Of a stretch of 64,000 bases of DNA, positions 43,439-53,464 are shown in pieces. This DNA is from Nannocystales bacterium. Its GTDB lineage: Bacteria; Myxococcota_A; Polyangia; Nannocystales; Nannocystaceae. Made by a program: the position numbers and the translations under genes. The notes under the pieces were generated by a model that did not search any database, was not told the origin of the DNA, and saw only the letters and a program-made list of their open reading frames with translations. The stretch spans positions 192,001-256,000 of the forward strand of contig JBOEGF010000023.1 in the NCBI GenBank assembly GCA_050633305.1, read 5' to 3'. Numbering within the stretch: the first letter of the stretch is position 1; every line of letters starts with the position of its first letter.

Positions 43439-45726
43439 AGCGCCGGATCATCGTGGTGGGTGCGGGCGTCGCCGGGCTCACCTGTGCGCACGAATTGTCC
43501 CGTACCGCCCAAGCCCGGAACACGTTCTCCGTCCGGGTCTTCGAGATGGGGCACAAGGTTGGAGGGCGACTCGCCAGCGCTCACAACCCGCAGCGTTGGG
43601 GTCGCAACGAAGAACACGGGCTGCACGTTTGGTTCGGCTGGTACGACAACACGTTTCGTCTCGTGGACGAGGTCTGGCGCGACTGGAAGCGCCCCGAGGA
43701 CTGTCCATGGGTGACAATCTGGGACGGACTGCGGCCGATCTGGATCAGCGAACACGCGCTGGAGGCCGACGGAGACCTGACAATTCACCGAGTCCATCAC
43801 CCACGCAACAGCGACACCCCAGGCCACACCTCCAGGCGCTCGACGCTGGGTCGACTCTCAACGTGGCTCGACCTCCCTCGCTCGCTGCTCCGAACCTGGA
43901 CAGCGCTCACCCACAAGACACATCACGACAACCCCACGCCCCGCAGCCAGCTCGCACGGACGCTGTGGCCCCATCCGGACGTGTTCTCGTTTGATCGTCT
44001 ACGTCGACGCTTGTTTCCCTCAAGTTCGCACGCTCGGCCGCACACAGCACGCGCCGCGGCGCCACGACTCCATCGTGTTCTGCGTCGACTCCATCCGCGG
44101 TTGCGAGTGGCCGCCTTGGCCGCGGCGGGGACACACACCGAGCGGATCGAGTTGGCGCGAGTCCTCGATCTCGCGCTCTCCGTGGCGCGCGTCCTGACCA
44201 GCCCGCGCCACGGTATCTACAACGACGGCGACTTCGACCGTGTCTCGAAGTGGGAGCTGCGAGACCTGCTCCGGGAACACGGCGCCGACGAGGACTCCCT
44301 CACCAACAGTCGGCTGCTGGAGTGCCTCTACGACATCCCCTTTGCGTTCGAGGGTGGAGATCGCAGCCGACCTGTTCTCGAAGCCGGGACCGCGCTCCGA
44401 TTCACGTACCGGTTGTTCGCGGACTACAAACACGCCCTGGCCTTCCTGCTCAAGGCAGGCGCTGGGGAGACTCTGATCGCGCCGCTTCTCGACCTGGTTC
44501 GCCAACGCGGTGTTGAACTCGAGCCGTTCCACCGCTTGAAGAGCGTGCAGCTGGACCCGACCCAGCGTTTCGTCGAGCGCCTGGTCTTCGCCCGCGCGGC
44601 TCGAACGCTCGGCTGCTATGAACCATTGGTCACCGAGGGGGGCTTCCGCCGGTTTCGCGCAGCGCCGGATTGGTCGCAGCTCGAAGATGGGGACCGGCTT
44701 CGTGCCCGGGGCGTCGAGTTCTACTCGCGGTTTGGCGACCGCGGAGAGACCCAGGAGGTGGTGTTGCAGCGCGGGGTGGACTTCGACGATGTCGTCCTCG
44801 CGCTGCCCCTGGGGAGCATCGTTCCCGACGGCGACGGCCACAGTCCGGTGAGTGCTTGGCTGGCCGCGAAACCACACGTGCGGGCGTGCTTGGATCGACT
44901 GCATCTCGTCCCGACTATCGCTGCGCAGCTGTGGCTCGACGAGTCGGTCGACACGCTGGGTTGTCGTGACCGCGCAGTCGCGACCTGGGGCGAGACGTAC
45001 TCCGTCGCATGCGACATGAGCGACGTCATCGACCACGAAGCGTGGGGACCCAATGGCCCTCGCAGCAGCATCTACCTGTGCGGAGCGTGGCCCATGCGCT
45101 CACCCGCCGCCGCCTCGACCGATGCAAACGCTCTTCGTGACGACGAGGGGGACGCCCGTGCGCTGCTCGAGGAACAGCTCGCCGACCACGGGCCCTCCCT
45201 GTTTCGGCACCCGCCAGCGCTCCATACGCCGCAGGGCTCTTCAGACCCGTGGGAGGCCCAGTACGTCCGGGTCAACGTCGAGCCGTGGGACCTCGCCGAC
45301 CTCCCCCTCCCCGGTGCCGACGCCGTGCGTCTCGAAGCAAACGGGAGCGGGCTCGACAACCTGGCGCTCGCCGGTTCTTGGGTTCGCACCCCCGTGAACT
45401 CCACCAGCGTCGAGGCGGCCGTCTGCAGTGGCCTCGCTGCCGCCCGCGCACTCGGTGCGAACTGCCGCCCGATCCTCTCGGAAGACCTCTTCCGGATCCC
45501 CAACCCGAACGTCCTCCTCCCCGGACCCTCGCACGACGATGCCCGACCATCCCACGACCCCCGAAGTCCCATGGCCCCCGACGTCCTCAGTGTCCGCGAG
45601 AACCCTGAGGCTCTCCGACGGGCAGTCGCTCGAGCTCGACCCGAGCCATCTGTGGTGGCTCGACGACGGCGACGTCGTCGTCCACGCCGCATCGCGCCCG
45701 GTGGAACTGTGGGCGGCACCGCGTAG
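43435..45726 (+). CDS. FAD/NAD(P)-binding oxidoreductase 1 (PDS/HpnE-like)
   Basis: GAGVAG, EEHGLHVWFGWYDN, AGAGETLIAPL, NLALAGSW...SVEAAVCSG. GTGA coupling to the previous gene. Confidence 0.88.
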   Translation: MKRRIIVVGAGVAGLTCAHELSRTAQARNTFSVRVFEMGHKVGGRLASAHNPQRWGRNEEHGLHVWFGWYDNTFRLVDEVWRDWKRPEDCPWVTIWDGLRPIWISEHALEADGDLTIHRVHHPRNSDTPGHTSRRSTLGRLSTWLDLPRSLLRTWTALTHKTHHDNPTPRSQLARTLWPHPDVFSFDRLRRRLFPSSSHARPHTARAAAPRLHRVLRRLHPRLRVAALAAAGTHTERIELARVLDLALSVARVLTSPRHGIYNDGDFDRVSKWELRDLLREHGADEDSLTNSRLLECLYDIPFAFEGGDRSRPVLEAGTALRFTYRLFADYKHALAFLLKAGAGETLIAPLLDLVRQRGVELEPFHRLKSVQLDPTQRFVERLVFARAARTLGCYEPLVTEGGFRRFRAAPDWSQLEDGDRLRARGVEFYSRFGDRGETQEVVLQRGVDFDDVVLALPLGSIVPDGDGHSPVSAWLAAKPHVRACLDRLHLVPTIAAQLWLDESVDTLGCRDRAVATWGETYSVACDMSDVIDHEAWGPNGPRSSIYLCGAWPMRSPAAASTDANALRDDEGDARALLEEQLADHGPSLFRHPPALHTPQGSSDPWEAQYVRVNVEPWDLADLPLPGADAVRLEANGSGLDNLALAGSWVRTPVNSTSVEAAVCSGLAAARALGANCRPILSEDLFRIPNPNVLLPGPSHDDARPSHDPRSPMAPDVLSVRENPEALRRAVARARPEPSVVARRRRRRRPRRIAPGGTVGGTA

Positions 45727-46705
45727 CCTCGACCTCGCGGGAAGCCTTCGAGGGTCTCCCTCCGCCCGCTTCATCGCCAGCGGCCCCTGCACCATCATCG
45801 GCGTCCCTACCGAGGCCATCTCCGAGCGCGACAAGGTCGCGGCGTTGGCCGAGGAAACGCAACGTCTTTGGTCCCGCGTCGAGGCCGATGCCCGGCGCGA
45901 TGACGACACCTTCATGGATTGGGCACGACCGATTCCAGGGCCATGGTGGTTTGAGCAAGCAAAGGCCGCGGTGGTGGTCATGCAAGGCGACCCGGCCCGA
46001 TTGCGAGCCTCCATGCCACGAGGCGTCCGCCCGCTTCCGGGAACGGGCGGGCGGTATCTGCTCGCGGTGACACGCTTCGATGGCGTGGGGTCGGAGGACC
46101 GGTCCGACCGCCAGCGTTTTTCCTATCACGAGGTCACCCCGTTCCTTCCCGTCTGGTCGGGAATCCGAGGGCCCGCAACCTTCATTCCCGAGCTGTACCC
46201 CGACGCATGGATGGCGGTGCTCTTGGGGCGGGAGATCCTGGGCTTCCCCAAACGGACGGCCCGCGTCGCGTTGCGTGAACGCGGCGGTGAGCTGATCGTC
46301 GGAGGTCGACTCGCGCTCAAGATGCGCTGGAGCGAGGCTTGCCCTACGGTGCCGAATGCTGCCGTCGGAGCCCTCGGCCGCGCGCTCGTCCCCTTCGAGC
46401 TGACCGAGCGGGTGCTTCGAGCGGTCGTCCCAGATCGGCCGAAGTTCTCGGCGCTCGTTCACAAGCGCATCGGAGCCTCGAACACCGCCGGGCAAACGCT
46501 GGCCATCGACGAGGTCGTCCGTGTCCCCGTGCAACTCGACCCGATCCACAAGGCCGAGAGTCTGCAGGGCCTTCAGGTCGAGGTGGGCGACGGCCCCGGG
46601 ATTCTCCACGGCAAGGCCATCGCAGGCTGGCGCCTCCACACCGGCTTCCGCTTCGGGGTGGGGCTCAAAGAGCGCTCCATTCGGACCCCGCGGGTAAACC
46701 CATGA
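45539..46705 (+). CDS. Acetoacetate decarboxylase-family protein with possible degenerate cNMP-binding N-domain
   Basis: YHEVTPF, FIPELYPD...LGREILGFPK, plus an N-terminal LWWLDDGDVVV...SARFIASGPC segment. Confidence 0.8.
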   Translation: MPDHPTTPEVPWPPTSSVSARTLRLSDGQSLELDPSHLWWLDDGDVVVHAASRPVELWAAPRSLDLAGSLRGSPSARFIASGPCTIIGVPTEAISERDKVAALAEETQRLWSRVEADARRDDDTFMDWARPIPGPWWFEQAKAAVVVMQGDPARLRASMPRGVRPLPGTGGRYLLAVTRFDGVGSEDRSDRQRFSYHEVTPFLPVWSGIRGPATFIPELYPDAWMAVLLGREILGFPKRTARVALRERGGELIVGGRLALKMRWSEACPTVPNAAVGALGRALVPFELTERVLRAVVPDRPKFSALVHKRIGASNTAGQTLAIDEVVRVPVQLDPIHKAESLQGLQVEVGDGPGILHGKAIAGWRLHTGFRFGVGLKERSIRTPRVNP

Positions 46706-48465
46706 AACGGAAGCGGGTTCTGGTCCTCGGGGGCGGTTGCGCTGGGGTCGCCGCCGCCTGGGCGCTCTCGTCCACACCGCACTCGCGTCGACGTTTCGAG
46801 GTCACGCTGTTGCAGTCGGGGTGGCGACTGGGAGGCAAGGGTGCCACGGGCCGCGACCCGACACGCGGACACGCGGTGCTCGAGCACGGTCTTCATCTTT
46901 GGCTTGGCTTCTATCGAAACGCGTTCGCCATGGTCCGCGATCTGTACGATCACTGGAACGGGCCCAGCGACGGTCCACAGCGAAGCCTGGAGTCGGCATT
47001 CACTCCGGCCTACGACGTGTCACTCCGGGGAGCAGCTCGCGGAGCGTCGCAGCAGTGGACACTGAACTTTCCCCAGCTCCCCGGACGGCCTTGGGATCCG
47101 AGCCCGGGCACATCGTGGCTGGCGACATCGAAGCGGTGGCTTCAGCAACTCCCGAGCCTGTTGGGAGGGATTCCGAAACAGGACCGCCCGCTGCTGGTCT
47201 CGCTCGGGCGGACCGTCGCGCGTGGTCTTGCACGGGAGTGGGCGCGCTGGGGAGACCACGCGTGGGACCAAATGGACCGCGAGGACCTTCGCACCTGGCT
47301 TGCTCGACACGGGGCGACACGGGAGGTCACCGATAGCCCGCCCGTGGTGGGCCTGTACGACCTTGGGTTCGCATACCCCCACGGACGTCAGAGTGTGCGA
47401 GATGGACGGGCTGCTGCGGGCGTGGCGGTGCGGGTGTTGCTGCGCATGTTCGCGGACTACCGCGGAGCGCCACTGTGGCGAATGTCCGCCGGCATGGGGG
47501 ACACCGTGTTCTCGCCCGCGTGGGACGTGCTTCGAGCCCGTGGAGTCACGCTGTCCTTGTTCCACCACGTCTTGGAGGTCCGTGCAGAGCACGGCAAGGT
47601 CTCCAAGGTCCGAGTCGGCATTCAAGCGTCAGGGTTCGAGGACTACGACCCGTTGATCGACGTCGGACCTATCCGGGCCTGGCCCGAGCGTCCCATCGAG
47701 AGCCGCCTCACCTCCGTGGCACCCGGCGCGTTGGATGGTGATGGGTCCCAGATCCCCGATGATGTGGAGCTCCACCACGGTCGAGACTTCGACGCCGTCG
47801 TGATGGCCATTCCTGCGGCCGCGCAGCGGCACTGCGCCATCGGCCTGGCCAAAGCGAATCCCCGCTACGGAGCGATGCTGGAGGCCTGTCACACGGTCCC
47901 CACGGTCTCCGGTCAGGTTTGGATGTCGCGCAGCGCGGACACCTTGGGTCCTGACGCCGAGCCAACCGTGAGCACTGGGCATCACGGACTGTTCCGGACC
48001 CACGCCAACATGACCGACGTCCTGAAGGCGGAAGCGTGGCGAGAGTCTCCTCGTCACCTCGCCTACCTTTGCGGCGTGGCGCCGCCCGACGTGCTCGCCG
48101 CCAGCGGACGGGACGAAGCCCACGCTCGGCTTCGCGAACTCGCCGAGGCATGGTTTCGCCACGAGGCGCCCGCCTCCTGGCCAGGATCAGCGACCCCCTC
48201 CGGTCATTTCGACGAGGGCTCGCTGCACGTGGACCCCGGTGGTCGGCGCGAAGACGCCATCTACCTGCGAGCCAACACCGAAGCTTGGGAACGCTACGTC
48301 CTCTCCCTTCCCGGCACCACAGCCCACCGCCTGGCCCCCGACGACTCCGGCTTCGAGAACCTGTTCCTCGCGGGCGACTGGACCCGCAACGAGATCAACG
48401 GTGGAAGCGTCGAGGCGGCGGTCTCGTCGGGGATGTCGGCCGCCCGAGCAATCGAGGCCCAGTAA
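46702..48465 (+). CDS. FAD/NAD(P)-binding oxidoreductase 2 (paralog)
   Basis: GGGCAG, GWRLGGKGATGR, EHGLHLWLGFYRNAF, AGMGDTVFSP, NLFLAGDWT...VEAAVSSG. ATGA coupling. Confidence 0.9.
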   Translation: MKRKRVLVLGGGCAGVAAAWALSSTPHSRRRFEVTLLQSGWRLGGKGATGRDPTRGHAVLEHGLHLWLGFYRNAFAMVRDLYDHWNGPSDGPQRSLESAFTPAYDVSLRGAARGASQQWTLNFPQLPGRPWDPSPGTSWLATSKRWLQQLPSLLGGIPKQDRPLLVSLGRTVARGLAREWARWGDHAWDQMDREDLRTWLARHGATREVTDSPPVVGLYDLGFAYPHGRQSVRDGRAAAGVAVRVLLRMFADYRGAPLWRMSAGMGDTVFSPAWDVLRARGVTLSLFHHVLEVRAEHGKVSKVRVGIQASGFEDYDPLIDVGPIRAWPERPIESRLTSVAPGALDGDGSQIPDDVELHHGRDFDAVVMAIPAAAQRHCAIGLAKANPRYGAMLEACHTVPTVSGQVWMSRSADTLGPDAEPTVSTGHHGLFRTHANMTDVLKAEAWRESPRHLAYLCGVAPPDVLAASGRDEAHARLRELAEAWFRHEAPASWPGSATPSGHFDEGSLHVDPGGRREDAIYLRANTEAWERYVLSLPGTTAHRLAPDDSGFENLFLAGDWTRNEINGGSVEAAVSSGMSAARAIEAQ

Positions 48466-49586
48466 TGAGCGAGATGGAAGTTGCCATCGTCGGTGGTGGG
48501 CCGGCGGGTCTCACCACCGCCCTGTCGATCGCGAGGCACGCTCCCTCCCTCCGCGACCGAATCCTCGTGCTCGAGCGTGCAACGTATCCGCGAGAGAAGA
48601 TCTGCGCAGGCGCTGTGTCGGGACGCGCCTGGAGCACCCTGGTCTCACTGGGTGCTCGTCCTCGAGTCCCCGCCGTCCCGGTCGGGGGCTTTGACCTCGA
48701 AGGACACAGGCGCACTGCCCGCGCGCGGATTGGGCGGGCGGGGTTCGTGATCCGCCGAGCCGAGTTCGACGCCGACCTCGCCCAACGCGTGGCGGATGCG
48801 GGCGTTCGGGTCCAGGACGGCACGCGGGTCAAGGAACTCGCCGTGACCGAACGAGGCGCGGTGCTGGAGACCTCTCTCGGAACCCTGCGGTCGCGATTCG
48901 TCGTCGGAGCGGGCGGCGTCGGGTGCATGGTGCGGCGGCACCTCGGTTTGGGGATCGGCCGGCTGCGCGCTCATGTTGTCGAAGCCGACACCGACCCCAG
49001 CAGGTTCGATGCGCAAGACGGGTCCCTGCGGTTCGATGGGGGACGCGACGAGCTCACCGGCTACGTCTGGGACTTCCCGACGATCGTCGCGGGCCGCCTT
49101 CGGGTCTGTCGCGGGGTCTATCAGCTTCGAGACATGAACGCTCCCGAGCACCTGCGCGGACCCGACGTCACACAGATGCTTCGACGGCACCTCGAAGACC
49201 GAGGCGTCGTCGCGGACGGAGGACGGTTCAAGCGATTCGCCGAACGGGGGTATGAGCCCGGACTCGCAATCGCCTCTCGCCGCTGCATGCTCGTCGGCGA
49301 GTCTGCAGGAGTCGATCCGGTGACGGGCGAGGGCATTGGGCCCTCGATCGAAGCAGGGTTGCTCGCAGGTCGTTTCCTGGGCGCGGCGGTCAGCAAGCGG
49401 CTCGACAGCGTCGAGGGCTGGAGTCGCCGACTTCGCCGCTCGGCGGTGGGCCTGGACCTAGCCGCGCGCAGCTTGGTGGCGACGCATTTGCTGTTGAGGC
49501 GACGCCGGATCCTGGATCGGCTGCTGACTTCGCAGAACTATGCCCTGACCGTAGGGGCCCACTACTTCGCGGGGCGAGCGTTCTGA
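48465..49586 (+). CDS. Geranylgeranyl-reductase-like FAD oxidoreductase
   Basis: GGGPAG, YPREKICAG, RRAEFD, GYVWDFP, GESAGVDPVTGEGI. TAATG coupling. Confidence 0.88.
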   Translation: MSEMEVAIVGGGPAGLTTALSIARHAPSLRDRILVLERATYPREKICAGAVSGRAWSTLVSLGARPRVPAVPVGGFDLEGHRRTARARIGRAGFVIRRAEFDADLAQRVADAGVRVQDGTRVKELAVTERGAVLETSLGTLRSRFVVGAGGVGCMVRRHLGLGIGRLRAHVVEADTDPSRFDAQDGSLRFDGGRDELTGYVWDFPTIVAGRLRVCRGVYQLRDMNAPEHLRGPDVTQMLRRHLEDRGVVADGGRFKRFAERGYEPGLAIASRRCMLVGESAGVDPVTGEGIGPSIEAGLLAGRFLGAAVSKRLDSVEGWSRRLRRSAVGLDLAARSLVATHLLLRRRRILDRLLTSQNYALTVGAHYFAGRAF

Positions 49587-49643
49587 GCGGGGCCACCCCC
49601 CAGTTGTCCCTCGCCGCAGCGGGCAGCCCCGGCGCGAGCCGGC

Positions 49644-50888
49644 TCAGGGTTTGGGCTCGAGTACCAGCTCGAAACGCCCGTGGTCGAACGGGGTCCCCGG
49701 TGCAGACTCGACGTGGACGAGTCGCTCGCGCATGCCTTGCTTGTCCAACTCCAGCGCCCGGTGGTGACAGAATGGATTGTTGCCCGGCTTGCCAAAGATG
49801 GGCTCGCTCGTCGCTGTGCAGCCTCCCATGCAAGGTTCGGCGTAGTAACAATCTCCGCAGAAGCCCCAGAGGTCGTTGCGAGTCCGCTGCTCGATGCGCC
49901 GCATCTGGGGCGCACGTTCCCAGATCTTCCTCAGGCCGTGCTCTCGCCATGACCCACCCGTGTTCTCCGCTCCGCCCAGCGACGGGCAGGATTTTATCGA
50001 GCCATCGGGCTCGATCCCCAGACCGCTGAGCCCCGCTTGGCATCCTGGGTAGTACGCTTTGGCGCTCATCGCCCTGCGCAAGGCGGTTTCCAGCGGACCA
50101 AAGTAGCCGAGGTTGTTGCCGGGCCAAACGACGACGCCGTGTGCTCGGCAACGCTCGAGCATGCGCTCGACCTCTTCGAACACGTCCAACATCATGTACG
50201 GCTGCAGGACGAGGTCCGGATGGTCCGCGGCCCCTCCATGGGGGATCGTCAAGAACATCTGCCAGCTCGCGATCCCTGCCTCACCCAGACGATCCGCAAG
50301 CGGAACGATTTGGCTGAGCGTACGGCGATTGATCTGGGTGTTGGCGCAGGCGGTCGCCCCCGCACGCTTGACGTGGGCGATGCCCTCCAGTGCGCGTGCC
50401 CAGCTTCCCTCGCGGCGTCGTAGTGCGTCGTGAGTCTCTTCGAGCCCGTCGATCGAGAACGAGACGAGTTGGAGCCCAGCCTCGACCGCGGCCTCGATGT
50501 GTTGCTGCGTGAAGCCGTAGCCACCCGTGGTCATGCTCGCCTTCATGCCGCGCTCTCGGATCGCTCGAATGACCAGCAAGAAGTCGGGGCGGAGATAGGC
50601 CTCGCCACCGATCAAGATGACTTCGCCGACCCCCATTTCGGCGAGCTCCTCGACCAAGCGCAGCGACTCGTCGGTGCTCAGTTCGTTCCGAAGCGTCTTG
50701 CCCGAGCGGGGACCGCATGAGACGCACGCCTGATCGCACGCTTGCGTGAACGCCCAGACCGCGAGCGTTGGCGTGGGTCGGCGCGGCATCGGACCTTCGA
50801 GGAACGCTCGGTTCTTCGAAGGCGGCAATGCATCGACGATCGGGAGGCTCTGCCGAACCCGCTCGAGCCTTTCGTTGCGCTGTGCCAA
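49644..50888 (-). CDS. Radical SAM/SPASM maturase, splicease (PlpX)-like
   Basis: CDQACVSC, GGEAYLR, PGNNLGYFGP, CQAG...GIEPDGSIKSCPSL, LWGFCGDCYYAEPCMGGC, GKPGNNPFCHHRAL, PFDHGRF. Start uncertain. Confidence 0.88.
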   Translation of the reverse strand: MAQRNERLERVRQSLPIVDALPPSKNRAFLEGPMPRRPTPTLAVWAFTQACDQACVSCGPRSGKTLRNELSTDESLRLVEELAEMGVGEVILIGGEAYLRPDFLLVIRAIRERGMKASMTTGGYGFTQQHIEAAVEAGLQLVSFSIDGLEETHDALRRREGSWARALEGIAHVKRAGATACANTQINRRTLSQIVPLADRLGEAGIASWQMFLTIPHGGAADHPDLVLQPYMMLDVFEEVERMLERCRAHGVVVWPGNNLGYFGPLETALRRAMSAKAYYPGCQAGLSGLGIEPDGSIKSCPSLGGAENTGGSWREHGLRKIWERAPQMRRIEQRTRNDLWGFCGDCYYAEPCMGGCTATSEPIFGKPGNNPFCHHRALELDKQGMRERLVHVESAPGTPFDHGRFELVLEPKP

Positions 50889-50929
50889 CCGCGCTAGGCT
50901 AACTCAGTTTTGTCTGTTATTATAGATTT

Positions 50930-51937
50930 ATGACTCCATGTGCAGGGTGTAGTCGGCTGATTCGCTCAGGAGAAGGCCCTTGCCCGTTCTGCGGGCAACG
51001 CCATGGCACAACGTCGATCGCTGTCGGCCTGCTGAGCTTGGCGCTGGTGGGATGTGGGCCCGTGGCGGGGTCTTCAGACACAGATGCGACGACAGCCGAA
51101 TCCAGCACAGGACCCGGCGATGCGACAGCGCTCCCCGATGAATCGACGACTGGTTCCGGTCCAGCCGGCTCGGCCACGATGACCGGCCAAGTCGACGCGG
51201 GCGACGATGCGAACACGACCGACATCAGCGGTGGGTTCATCTATGGCTCTCCGGACATGGGCCACCCTGATGACGGCATTGAGATCGAGTGCAGCGTCTG
51301 GGAACAAGACTGCGCGAAGAACGAGAAGTGCATGCCGTGGGCCAACGATGGCGGGACGTCGTGGAATGCGACTCGGTGCACGCCGCTTGCGGATGCTCCT
51401 GATGCCGTCGGGGAGCCGTGCACCGCGGAGGGCAGCTTCGTCTCTGGCATCGACACTTGCGAGAGGTGGGCTCTCTGCGCGGGACCGGATCCGCAGGTGC
51501 TCGAAGGGGTTTGCGTCGAAATGTGCAGCGGGTCTCCCGAGGTGCCGGTTTGCAACGACACGGCCAATGGCGTGTGCGTCGGCGCCGACGGGGTAGCGCC
51601 GCTCTGCCTCCCGATCTGCGACCCCTTGATGGGCGGCTGCGACGAGGGATATGCATGCGCACCCGCGGCCGGACCGTGGGAGTGCAGGCCCGAAGGCGAC
51701 GTTCCGCTCGGCGAGCCGTGCGATGACGCGAATGCATGCACCTCCGCAGGTGTGTGCACTCCTCCCGACGCACAGTGCCCCGAGGGGTCGACCGGTTGCT
51801 GCGCGAGTATCTGCGACCTCTCCGATCTCGAGCCCGACCTTGGCTGCGTCAGTGGCCAAACCTGCACCCTCTTCCACGAGGACGGACGTGCGTACCCTGG
51901 CTACGAAGACGTGGGCGTGTGCACGACCGAGAGCTGA
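50930..51937 (+). CDS. Cys-rich lipoprotein with CxxC-x10-CPFC leader and IYG motif
   Basis: MTPCAGCSRLIRSGEGPCPFCG, lipobox LVGC, GGFIYGSPD, then an ECSVWEQDC...KCMPWANDGG domain. Confidence 0.85.
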   Translation: MTPCAGCSRLIRSGEGPCPFCGQRHGTTSIAVGLLSLALVGCGPVAGSSDTDATTAESSTGPGDATALPDESTTGSGPAGSATMTGQVDAGDDANTTDISGGFIYGSPDMGHPDDGIEIECSVWEQDCAKNEKCMPWANDGGTSWNATRCTPLADAPDAVGEPCTAEGSFVSGIDTCERWALCAGPDPQVLEGVCVEMCSGSPEVPVCNDTANGVCVGADGVAPLCLPICDPLMGGCDEGYACAPAAGPWECRPEGDVPLGEPCDDANACTSAGVCTPPDAQCPEGSTGCCASICDLSDLEPDLGCVSGQTCTLFHEDGRAYPGYEDVGVCTTES

Positions 51938-52099
51938 CTCGATCTGGGTGCAAGCCCGTGCCCCCGAGACCTTGACCGTAGCGCCCTGCGCCAGCGTCAC
52001 GTTCCGCCCGGGGGGCGTTCCTCTGGACGTCCTATCTCCGTCCTGCACCAAGCCGCCTTTCCGCTCGACCCCGTCGCCAGAAATGCTACAGCTCCGCGC

Positions 52100-53464
52100 G
52101 TGAGCGGCGACGTAGATACACACGGGGAACTCCGTGCGCTGCTCAAGCTGGGTCTGCCCGCCGCCGGAACCCAGCTCGCCGCCATGCTCTTGGGTGTGGT
52201 CGACACGATGATGGTCGGCCGGGTGAGCACCCACGCCCTCGACGCGGTCGCGCTGGGCCACCTGTGGATCTACGGCACGATGATCTTCGGCATGGGGCTG
52301 ATCTGGGGGATGGACCCGCTGATGTCCCAGGCTCACGGCGCGGGAGACAACGGCAAGGTGGCCCGGACCCTTCACTCCGGCTTCTTGCTGGTTGTGTTGC
52401 TGATCCCCCCGCTGTGGTGGGCGTGGTCGCAGACCGAAGCCGTCATGCTCGCGTTCGGGCAGGCACCGGAGCTCGCGGCCGCGGCGGACGTCTACGTGAC
52501 GACGCAGCTGTACAGCATGATCCCCTTCCTGCTGTTCCTCACCTTGCGGCAGTACCTGCAGTCGCGGGGCATCGTGATGCCAGCGCTGTGGGTGATGGTG
52601 GTGGCGAACGTGTTCAACGTCGCCGCCAACTGGGCGCTCATCTTCGGCCACTTGGGATTTGAAGCTCAAGGCCTGGTCGGGGCTGCCAGAGCGACCGCGG
52701 CGACCCGGGCCTTCACACTCTTTGGCCTTCTCGTGTGGATCCTGGTCGCACGCCTGTATGAGGGCGCGTGGGAGCGCCCGACCGCACAGTCGCTTTCGCT
52801 GCGTGGGGTGTGGACGATCGTGAAGCTGGGCCTCCCGATCGGCTTGCAGTACATGCTCGAAGGCTGGGCGTTCCAGGTGAGCACCTTGCTCTCCGGACGC
52901 CTGGGCGAGGCAGAACTCGCGGCGCATACGATTGCACTCAACTTGGCTTCACTCACGTTCATGTTGCCCATGGGCCTCTCCCTGGGGGTCGCGACGAGGG
53001 TCGGCAACCTGGTCGGTGCTGGGCTCCCCAAACGCGCACAGCACTCGGCCCGACTGTCGCTGATGATGGGTGCTGGGATCATGGTCGCCAGCGCGATGCT
53101 CTTCGTCCTTGCACGCGACGCGTTGCCGTACCTGTACACCGAGGACATCGCGGTAGTCGTCCTCGCAGCGAGCATCCTGCCGATCGCGGGGGCGTTTCAG
53201 GTCTTCGACGGAATCCAAGTCGTCGGCGGCGCGATCCTGCGGGGTGTCGGCTCCACTCGACCCGCCGCCGTGTTCAACCTGGTCGCCTACTATGCGCTCG
53301 GCCTTCCGCTTGGGATCGCGCTGACCTTCGGACTGGGCTGGGGCCTCCGGGGTCTGTGGACCGGGCTTGCGGTCGGGCTCGCAATCGTCGCGGGCATCCT
53401 GCTGTGGTGGATCTTCACCCGCGTTCGCTTCGTGCCGTTGGACGACGTGCCCGATCAACCGTAG
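52100..53464 (+). CDS. MATE efflux transporter (NorM-like)
   Basis: About 12 TMs, VVDTMMVGR, KLGLPIG, LAAHTIALN, RVGNLVG, FQVFDGIQ. Confidence 0.95.
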   Translation: MSGDVDTHGELRALLKLGLPAAGTQLAAMLLGVVDTMMVGRVSTHALDAVALGHLWIYGTMIFGMGLIWGMDPLMSQAHGAGDNGKVARTLHSGFLLVVLLIPPLWWAWSQTEAVMLAFGQAPELAAAADVYVTTQLYSMIPFLLFLTLRQYLQSRGIVMPALWVMVVANVFNVAANWALIFGHLGFEAQGLVGAARATAATRAFTLFGLLVWILVARLYEGAWERPTAQSLSLRGVWTIVKLGLPIGLQYMLEGWAFQVSTLLSGRLGEAELAAHTIALNLASLTFMLPMGLSLGVATRVGNLVGAGLPKRAQHSARLSLMMGAGIMVASAMLFVLARDALPYLYTEDIAVVVLAASILPIAGAFQVFDGIQVVGGAILRGVGSTRPAAVFNLVAYYALGLPLGIALTFGLGWGLRGLWTGLAVGLAIVAGILLWWIFTRVRFVPLDDVPDQP

